This document shows, piece after piece, positions 57,301 through 64,000 of a stretch of DNA of 64,000 bases. The stretch's first letter is position 1. Each line of letters begins with the position of its first letter. This DNA is from Podarcis tiliguerta (taxonomy: Eukaryota). The DNA lies in the NCBI GenBank assembly GCA_965153285.1, contig OZ229113.1. One strand, given 5' to 3'. The translations under genes and the position numbers were made by a program. The notes beneath the pieces are model-generated. The model was not told the DNA's origin, made no database searches, and was given only the letters and a program-made list of their open reading frames with translations.

Positions 57301-60300
57301 ATAGTTGACTTTACTTGTTAAGTTTTATTTTATTTTCAAAGGATTACAACACTCCAATAAAACTGGAATTCAGAAAATTTTGCTTACTTTTTAATAATTC
57401 TTCTACTTGTTTGCTAGACTAAAGGGGAATAAATCTGAAAAGGTTATCTACAGCATATAATCTGTATAATGACCTGCATACAAAAAAATGAATGGATTAT
57501 CTTTTGCCTTTATGTATGTGGCAAAGAAATCAGAAATATAAGATTTATGATTCTACAAATTTACTGTACTAATATATTCTACTAATATATTACACAGGCT
57601 ATGTTATTTAAAAGTTTTTACACAATATGAGATCCATAGCAGAATCCTAACACCACAATTACTCGGAAAATTACTTAATATTGCATCCTTATTCACCAAA
57701 GTTTTGAAATTTCCACAAACCTTGACATTGGTAGAATTGTTCGCTCTTCATGGTAATCACTGTCACATTCATTTATATATTCCCTTAAAACGGTCAACAC
57801 TCGCACCATTCTTATCGCTTCTTGCCTTGCACAATTAATACTGTCTTTATCGCCATCCAAAACACACAAAGTATCATAGGATGCTTTCAAACGATCAAAG
57901 CAGGACTGAATGAAGTCTTCATGGATTACTACCTACAGAAATGCCAAGAGATAGCTATATCTCAACAAAACAACATAAAAGGTCACAAGAGAGACAAACT
58001 AATCCTGCATCTGTAATTTGCACAGATGACACTCCTGAGCAGAAGATTCCAGGAACACTAGTATTTTTAACAGGCTTCAGTGTGTCAACAGAATTTTGGG
58101 AATGATGAAAATACATGGCAATTAACAACTTAAAAGCCATTTGTTAGTATGAATTCCTATTTGAATGAAGAGCCAGCTAAATAAGAAATGTATGTTCTCA
58201 AAGATTTACTTTTGTAAAATAGTCCTCAAGCAAAGCATACTAAGGAAGGAGATTTTCATCAATGAAAATGGTAAATGCTACCTATTTTTTAAAAACAACA
58301 ACAGTTTTTTTTCCATAATTTTACCTGATTTACTTGCAATCTCGGACCAAGATTGGTATAGATTTCCTTTAGTAGATCTATTGCTCGACTGGCAATATCA
58401 TCACTTCCTTGAATTACAACCTAAGGCAGAAATATAAAGCATACACCACTTTAACTTAAGCATTATGGTCTATGAGAATAAAATCTCTAAGTGCAATCTT
58501 GACAAAAATATGTATATAAAATCTACTGCAAATGGTCTTATGACCCATTCTTGGCTTTGATACAACACAAAGTAATATTATTTCATTTATGAACTATTTT
58601 CCATAAGGCATCCCAAAGTGGTTTACAATTTTTAAAAATGTCATTAGATTCGTCTAACATATGACATCATACACACATAAAATAAATTTTCCCACCCTAG
58701 CCCATGAGACGAAGTTAAAGCAATACATCAGAAATAACATCCAAAGAACATAATAAGCCCTATCCCAGACAACCATTTATATAGAAAGCAATATACAATT
58801 TATGCCAATCAAAAAGTTTTATAATGTGAAGGGAGTCTGATGTTTTCAGTTTTAGCGACATATATAACAAAGCTGTACCAATCAGATGCAAAATAATTTT
58901 ATGGTTCAAACCTTGTGCCAATTTTATTTTATTAGTCTATTTCCCCCCCAAATGCTATTTGCAATACATTATTGTACCAGTCTGTCAAAGAAATGCCCTC
59001 CAAGTTCTTCCAGTATCTCATTACAAGCCTGGCCAATAGTAAAAAATAACTTATCGGGGGTTTTAACTGTAAATTAGTGTTGCCTCCCATTAAAAGATTG
59101 AGCAGTGCCAGCTCTGAACATTTAGAGGTTTACTTGACCAGCAATTGTGATTTACAATAGAACATATATAAAAACAAAACAAGTGTATATATACAAACAA
59201 ATTTAAATGACAACTATAAATAACAAACTTAAAACAGTAGCACCTACATAAAATCAATTCAAATACAAAATAAATACCAACTGGGATAAATATTTTAGAA
59301 GGTTTGTAGAAAAAAAGGAATGTATCTGGAAGGTGCTGAAATGATAATGGAGAATGTGCCTGTCTGATATGCAATGTGAATGTTTTCAAAGTGTAGGTGG
59401 CCCAATTTTTACATTGTGTGGAACAGACCTCCTGGCAGGATGCTCTCTCCTGCAGAATGGGTATGTAGCAGATGAGGTGATCTTTTAGATACCCTGGTCC
59501 ATAGCGTATATGGGCTTTGTACACCAATACCAGAACCTGGAACCTAGTCTGGTAGCTTACTGGCAGCCTGTGCAATTCTTTCAGCAGTAGTGTCATACAA
59601 TGATATTCCACCACAGTCCAACTGCTGCATAGCTGCAGTTACTGGGTCAGTCTCAAGGGCAGCCCCAAATAGAATGCATTGCAGTAATCCAATCTGGAGG
59701 TTACCAACATATGGATGACAGTGGTTGGGCTGCAATGATCCAGAAACAGATGCAGCTATCTTTCCAACTGAAGCTAGTGTACTGCACTCCTAGCTCCTGA
59801 GGTCACCTAGGCTTCTAGCGACAGAGATGGGTCCAGCAGCATCCCCACACTAAGAACCTGCTCCTTCAGGAGGATACAAACCATCCAAAGCAGGCAATTG
59901 ACCAGTTATCCAGACTAGGAAATTGCTCATTCACAGCACCTCTGTATCACCAGGATTCAGAGACATAAACACACCACCAAGCGCAGGCACCAGTCCAGGG
60001 CTTGTAAGGCTTCTTCCAATTCCAATTTTACAGAGAAATTGAGCTGGGTATCATCAATGTTTTCTGGACACCTCCTCTGGAACTATATTAAGAGTGATAC
60101 CAAGTTCTGCACAAATATGAGCAACCATACCCTGCAAGTGCCTTGCAGCATTGTCAAAGCACATCTCCAAGAACTGTACCTTAGAACTAGTTTTCAATAG
60201 CCCATTCACCCCTCAGGATGGCTACTGGAGGCTGCAATAGTGGCACAGAAGCAAGCTTTCTTAGCTTCCATCACCAGCATACAGTAGGTACTATTATGTG

Positions 60301-61625
60301 CTTTCACCTGTGCTCAGTCATTTTTCATTTATAAAACTCACTATATTCCCTGGAGTTCCCTTGAAAACCAGGGCACCATTGGGATCCATAGCACCAAAGG
60401 ACAAATAGAAGTGCTTGTGTCAATGACACTTTCCATTGTGAGACCAGGGACTTGGCAGGAGCACTAGATAATGCCAAATGGAAAATCCCCCAAGTCCAGG
60501 AGCAAAGCTGCTGATTAAGTACTCCACTCTTGCAGGCTAAAGTCAAATGGTTGCTCCATAATAGGGTAATGCAAAGATACCCCCTACCCCGCCCTACAAC
60601 ACCAATCCATCTACCAGTCATCCTTTTGTAAGTAAAAGATCAAGGCTATGTCCTGTTATTTGTCAGGTCAATTCTGTACTGAGGCAGCCCCTTGGTTGCC
60701 ATGGCAGCCATAATGTCCCAAGTCAGCATGGATTTTGAAATCACCAAGTCTGGGAATTTTCCAACCCTACACCCAAGACTACTTCTGCCAGTTTGGGTAC
60801 TGAGACAGCTGGACTAATTGAACAGAGGAAGAAAATGAGAGCAAACTACATAATTGGCAGCTTTCCTGACACTGATTGCCATTCCTACAGAGAGAGCACT
60901 CCTTTTACAGTGTGACAGCAACAAACTGCCAAAGCCACAGTTGCAACCTGATACTCCACATATATAATGATGACCTCAGGAAGCATTGTGTAGCTGCATG
61001 GACATAGCAGACTTCTGCAGCAGCACTAGAAAGAATAAATATCTGTAGCAACCTCATATTCAACATTAAATGAGTTTTTCACCAAGCCATGTGCTGATTT
61101 TGCACTTTGTACAAATCACAGCGTATCAAAATAGGCAATGTGTAGCTGGAGTACACAGTAGAACTCCCATGTAATAACAGTTGCAGAACTTTTATTTTAT
61201 TGGCGTAACCATACAAACCAACTTTTTTGTCAAATTACTATAAACTACAACTTGAATAAGTTAGATGTACTTTTACACTTACCCTCCAAAGGTAATCTAA
61301 TCCTATTAACTCCAAGTCATCCATCATATAGGCTCGCCTCTTTGCAACTAGCTTCCCTTCTCGACAGTTCACAGCTTTGAAGAAACGTTCAAAACATTTC
61401 ATTCCATTTTCTGTTAAGAGTGAAGGGTCCAACTGAAGAACATTGTTTTCAAAGAAGTCTTTATTTATGTCAGGGTCTAAATCCGGTTCATCTCCCATGA
61501 GTTTAGAATACCATTTAAAACAGGCTTCACGATCACACAGGTAGACTGCATTTTCAGCTAAACACTTCCATATTTGTTTTGCCTGAGGAGCACAGAGCCA
61601 TAGTTGACCATCCTTCAGTAAAAAT
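33181..61625 (-). CDS. USP9X: Ubiquitin-specific peptidase 9 (USP9X/FAF-X), 5'-partial: 30 coding exons equivalent to about human exons 16-45
   Basis: 30 GT-AG exons sum to 5674 nt and stay in frame from (R)[14 protein letters not shown] to [10 protein letters not shown]. Cys box [12 protein letters not shown] (Cys codon 48095-48097), His box [13 protein letters not shown] (His codon 42826-42828), WYKFDD and the UBL-like region are all present. The 5' exons lie beyond the window. Confidence 0.99.
33437..33442 (-). CDS. USP9X: Candidate 6-nt USP9X microexon (TTGGCG, Leu-Ala)
   Basis: - strand reads ttctatttttag|TTGGCG|gtaagt inside a phase-0 intron. Confidence 0.5.
33943..33953 (-). CDS. USP9X: Candidate 8/11-nt USP9X microexon (NAGNAG acceptor)
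   Basis: Pyrimidine tract of about 45 nt, then ttcag|CAG|AGCAGTTG|gtaagt. Confidence 0.45.
34694..34789 (-). CDS. USP9X: USP9X penultimate constitutive exon EPDDPDAP...GSQYQQ
   Basis: AG/GT boundaries, 96 nt. Confidence 0.95.
35486..35698 (-). CDS. USP9X: USP9X exon SNGDLKRK...ELCPEE
   Basis: AG/GT boundaries, 213 nt. Confidence 0.95.
36029..36269. mobile_element. Tigger/pogo-like MITE, same family as 23814, opposite orientation
   Basis: TA|CAGTGGTAC ... GTACCACTG|TA; internal sequence is the reverse complement of the 23814 copy. Confidence 0.88.
36406..36562 (-). CDS. USP9X: USP9X exon IHNALKGI...AYQILQ
   Basis: AG/GT boundaries, 157 nt. Confidence 0.95.
37258..37404. mobile_element. hAT (Tip100-like) MITE
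   Basis: Perfect 17-bp TIRs CAGTGGCGTAGCGTGGG; 8-bp TSD GTCCACCC (37250-37257, 37405-37412). Confidence 0.92.
37990..38078 (-). CDS. USP9X: USP9X exon VAYSYTYE...SWQTHR
   Basis: AG/GT boundaries, 89 nt. Confidence 0.95.
38416..38636 (-). CDS. USP9X: USP9X exon NPPLSNPY...SELLWQ
   Basis: AG/GT boundaries, 221 nt. Confidence 0.95.
39437..39622 (-). CDS. USP9X: USP9X exon VAEKTQLL...MQSSIN
   Basis: AG/GT boundaries (donor gtactg), 186 nt. Confidence 0.95.
40125..40254 (-). CDS. USP9X: USP9X exon AYDNLSLS...VMYANL
   Basis: AG/GT boundaries, 130 nt. Confidence 0.95.
41167..41392 (-). CDS. USP9X: USP9X exon YDALCILL...PGPSSQ
   Basis: AG/GT boundaries, 226 nt. Confidence 0.95.
41692..41815 (-). 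CDS. USP9X: USP9X exon QDHLLPEA...GPASDW
   Basis: AG/GT boundaries, 124 nt. Confidence 0.95.
42378..43128 (-). CDS. USP9X: USP9X large exon with His box, VDTVKRLL...YLNPPP
   Basis: AG/GT boundaries, 751 nt; ORF 42373..43110. Confidence 0.97.
43407..43494. mobile_element. Small hAT-like MITE
   Basis: 14-bp TIRs CAGGCATGGCCAAA / TTTGGCCATGCCTG; internal GACTACAACTCCCA. Confidence 0.7.
43611..43752 (-). CDS. USP9X: USP9X exon YECEESF...CEKCNKK
   Basis: AG/GT boundaries, 142 nt. Confidence 0.95.
44953..45126 (-). CDS. USP9X: USP9X exon [14 protein letters not shown]...QGCPHR
   Basis: AG/GT boundaries, 174 nt. Confidence 0.95.
45754..45940 (-). mobile_element. tRNA-head SINE (Squam3-like)
   Basis: Reverse-complement similarity to the 4830-4998 copy. 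Confidence 0.7.
46142..46332 (-). CDS. USP9X: USP9X exon SNVDPRDE...FWKQFR
   Basis: aaag|AGC ... |gtaaat, 191 nt. Confidence 0.94.
46877..47239 (-). mobile_element. Full-length young Sauria SINE
   Basis: Intact B box GGTTCGAATCCC, (ACCTTT)n tail, CpGs retained, 13-bp TSD TTACCCATTATAA (46864-46876, 47240-47252). Confidence 0.93.
47969..48189 (-). CDS. USP9X: USP9X exon with catalytic Cys box, CEALTEW...GATCYMN...EKQDNE
   Basis: AG/GT boundaries, 221 nt. Confidence 0.96.
49131..49353 (-). CDS. USP9X: USP9X exon ELIDDFIF...YIGTAIT
   Basis: AG/GT boundaries, 223 nt. Confidence 0.95.
50426..50572 (-). CDS. USP9X: USP9X exon DEVKRTGE...GANLIK
   Basis: AG/GT boundaries, 147 nt. Confidence 0.95.
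50771..50917 (-). CDS. USP9X: USP9X exon STARERAK...WLKRIR
   Basis: AG/GT boundaries, 147 nt. Confidence 0.95.
52283..52391 (-). CDS. USP9X: USP9X exon TVRQMAQE...LFTVLG
   Basis: AG/GT boundaries, 109 nt. Confidence 0.95.
53325..53491 (-). CDS. USP9X: USP9X exon TNAGNEPD...LLHCHSK
   Basis: AG/GT boundaries, 167 nt. Confidence 0.95.
53939..54064 (-). CDS. USP9X: USP9X exon ASKYIPDI...SKIYEK
   Basis: AG/GT boundaries, 126 nt. Confidence 0.95.
54599..54724 (-). CDS. USP9X: USP9X exon INQATHDQ...QQISDE
   Basis: AG/GT boundaries, 126 nt. Confidence 0.95.
54927..55205 (-). CDS. USP9X: USP9X exon VVYALLMPA...GTSPMSQ
   Basis: AG/GT boundaries, 279 nt. Confidence 0.95.
55392..55598. mobile_element. 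Tigger/pogo-like MITE, imperfect TIRs
   Basis: TA|CAGTC ... GACTG|TA; CpG-rich interior. Confidence 0.65.
55697..55827 (-). CDS. USP9X: USP9X exon DNTTVEKL...VLYLTE
   Basis: AG/GT boundaries, 131 nt. Confidence 0.95.
56316..56436 (-). CDS. USP9X: USP9X exon IMSLHPRY...MKLMPP
   Basis: AG/GT boundaries, 121 nt. Confidence 0.95.
56536..56685 (-). CDS. USP9X: USP9X exon LITAKLTQ...ESCLPGV
   Basis: AG/GT boundaries, 150 nt. Confidence 0.95.
56880..57120 (-). CDS. USP9X: USP9X exon AFRGKHISL...LNLKDKT (UBL-like region)
   Basis: AG/GT boundaries, 241 nt. Confidence 0.95.
57721..57932 (-). CDS. USP9X: USP9X exon VVIHEDFIQ...TILPMSR
   Basis: AG/GT boundaries, 212 nt. Confidence 0.95.
58325..58420 (-). 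CDS. USP9X: USP9X exon [11 protein letters not shown]...RLQVNQ
   Basis: AG/GT boundaries, 96 nt. Confidence 0.95.
59200..60060 (-). mobile_element. L2 LINE ORF2/3' remnant
   Basis: DDTQL near 60040; [24 protein letters not shown]...GPGYLKDHL in ORF 59090..59614. Confidence 0.8.
61283..61625 (-). CDS. USP9X: USP9X exon FLLKDGQLW...IGLDYLWR
   Basis: ctag| ... |gtaagt, 343 nt. Confidence 0.95.
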
Positions 61626-61789
61626 CTAGCATGAAACAGAGAGAAACAAGAAGTCATTAAAATTAGAAATGTCACTCTAATTCTATGAATTAACACTTGA
61701 AACTCAGTAGCTGATGCTGTTTTCAACTGTTCTCCAATGTATTCATACATTCTGGAATATTCCTCAATCACAGAAAAGAGAACAATCTA

Positions 61790-62427
61790 CCGTATTTTTC
61801 GCTCTATAGGACGCACTTTTTCCCCTCAAAAAATGAAGCGGAAAATGCAGGCTTCAGGAAGCTATCCGCAAGTCTTCGGAGTGCTGCGGGAATGCCCGCG
61901 GGCTCCGAAGGCTTGCGGATAGCAGCCTGCAGCCCGGGGAGCGCAGCGCTGCGCATCCCAGGCTTCGGGCACCTATCCGCAAGCCTTCGGAGCCCGGCGG
62001 GAGTTCCTGCCGGGCTCCAAAGGCTTGCACATAGCAGCCTGAAGCCCGGGGAGCACAGTGCCAACTCCCACTGTGCTCCCCGGGCTTCAGGCAGCTATCC
62101 GCAAACCTTCGGAGCACTCCCCCAGCCTGCAAGCTCCCGGACCTGTTCTGGGGGCTGGGGTCGGGGGAAGCTCGGGCTTTCCCCGCCCTAGCCCCACAGC
62201 TAAAAACGAAGCCACATGCAGCATCTCCCGGCTGGAGAAGTTGTGTATAGCTAAAGAGGAAGCCAAGACAGCCAGCGGGATGAATCCTGCTGGCTGTCTT
62301 GGCTTCTTTGCTCTTTGGGGCTGGGGGGGGGGGGAAGAATTAAAAAAAAATTCTTTATTCCCCCCCCCCAAAAAAAAACCTAGGTGCGCCCTATGGTCCA
62401 GTGTGCCCTATGGAGCAAAAAATATGG
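61790..62427. mobile_element. Tc2/pogo-like non-autonomous DNA transposon with internal palindromic repeats
   Basis: TA|CCGTATTTTTCGCTCTATAGG ... CCTATGGAGCAAAAAATATGG|TA. Confidence 0.85.
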
Positions 62428-63095
62428 TATCCGGATTAAATAACATGCATATTATAAACTTGACATTTCACACAACTACTCTGTGCACAAATGTCAGTCA
62501 CATACTGACATGTGTAAGCAGGTAAAAGATGTTAGAATCCCAACTATAAAAGAAAATTTGAGTTAAGCAAACAGATTGCCTTTGTATCATGCCAAGCAGC
62601 CTAGATAAATAGGTATTATGTACTTTTTTGGACTAGTTGGCAGGTTCAATTTCATTGAACATCATTCAGTCCTACAAAAAAAACCCAGCTATTGATTTCC
62701 CGTAGATGCATCTGTCTCAGTACTATAAGCAGAAAAATGCTTCAATAACTATCCAAAGCAGAATAGAGCAGTAAAGAAAATTGTGTACAAATTGCATAGA
62801 GAAAATTGTGTGAATTTCACACAGAGCCTAACTACTGTGTCCAAAGAACAATTCTTCTATCCAGTGGTCACACATGGATAAATAAAGGTATCCTTCCCCC
62901 ATTAATCCCAGCTGATACGTTTCACACCTAGAAGGAACATGAGTAGTATCAGCCATAATCAGAATGTTTACCATTCCTCTCATGGTGTTATCTACTGCGA
63001 ATATTTAGGGGGGAAATGCTTTGTTATGCTTTTGATTACAACTGTATCTTCTTCAGAAGTGTTAAATAAAACATCCACCATCATAGTTAAGAATA

Positions 63096-63442
63096 CAGTG
63101 GTGCCTCGCAAGACGAAAAGAATCCGTTCCGTGAGTCTCTTCGTCTAGCGGTTTTTTCGTCTTGCAAAGCAAGCCCATTAGCGGATTAGCGGAATTAGCG
63201 GTTTAGCGGCTATTAAAGGCTTAAGGGATTAGCGGATTTGCTGCTAAAAGGCTATTAGCAGCTTAGTGCCTTAGATAAAGGGGGTAGGGAGCGGGAAAAA
63301 ACCCCCAGGAATCGCAAGACATTTTCGTCTTGCGAAGCAAGCCCATAGCAAATTCGTCCCGTGAAGCACTTCCAAAACGGAAAACCCTTTCGTCTAGTGG
63401 GTTTTCCCTCTTGCGAGTCATTCGTCTTGCGGGGCACCACTG
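63096..63442. mobile_element. Tigger/pogo-like MITE
   Basis: TA TSD; 22-bp TIRs CAGTGGTGCCTCGCAAGACGAA (21/22 match). Confidence 0.9.
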
Positions 63443-63522
63443 TACAGGTGCTCTGATTTTAGTAGATTATTCTGGGCTTATCTCACCTAATATTCAAGGC
63501 TTTTTTCTTTTAGCCAAGTGGG

Positions 63523-63557
<35 letters not shown>

Positions 63558-63560
63558 CGC
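63523..63560. repeat. (GT)13(GC)6 alternating purine-pyrimidine tract
   Basis: Seen directly. Confidence 0.95.
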
Positions 63561-64000
63561 AGTTATTATAGGGATGTCAGAGTACACTTAAGTGAGGAAC
63601 CTTGTCTATGGAATGGCCACTTGGCTAGAAATATTAATTCTCTATATTTTCAAACCATAAGAACATTTAGAACTTGCACATGAGTCATCTCTTTCCTTGA
63701 CCGAGGTACTGCATGCCTCTTTCTAATCCCTTGTATACAGAAAGGTTTCTAGTTTTATCACATATCATTGCTATCCTACCATCAGAAAACCTCCTCCTTC
63801 AAACATGTTTTGATGAAACAAGGGATATGTCTGCATCAGCTGTATCAGACTAAAAAGTGTGCCAATACACTCTCTGCCCCTATTCTTCTGGGGGCAGCAG
63901 AGCAATTAAGCAGTAACTCAACTAGTTAGAATAAAGATCATCAGTGCTTGCGCTAGGAGCAATAGAGAGCTGGTATGTGGATAAATGAAAGCAGCCAGTG

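Noticed and set aside
61804-62525. Repetitive ORFs and CRISPR-like spaced repeats
   Set aside because: These are internal repeats of a eukaryotic DNA transposon, in alternating orientation, with no unique spacers and no cas genes.
61626-64000. The next upstream USP9X exon
   Set aside because: No matching peptide found; it most likely lies beyond the window.

Overview
Vertebrate genomic DNA, most likely a lacertid lizard or other squamate (inferred from Sauria-SINE, Squam3-like SINE and lizard-type MITE content). It holds two convergent protein-coding genes. (1) A complete, intact RPL8 (uL2) gene on the + strand: CpG-island/TCT promoter near 16.03 kb, a non-coding first exon, 5 coding exons (16901-21626, 774 nt = 257 aa + stop) and a GC-AG second intron. 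(2) The 3' three-quarters of USP9X on the - strand: 30 coding exons (61625 down to 33181) that join in frame to about 1890 aa, including the complete USP catalytic domain, followed by a long AT-rich 3'UTR with a 188-N gap. The rest is intergenic or intronic DNA with hAT and Tc1/pogo MITEs, SINEs, L2/RTE remnants and microsatellites. Most ORF-track entries are spurious. I found no convincing new multi-gene system. The best leads are two candidate microexons in the last USP9X intron (one adding Leu-Ala, one creating a junction-spanning stop that would trim the C-terminus), a 45-bp perfect inverted repeat in RPL8 intron 4, and the RPL8-USP9X linkage, which humans lack. All calls were made by eye; no searches were run.
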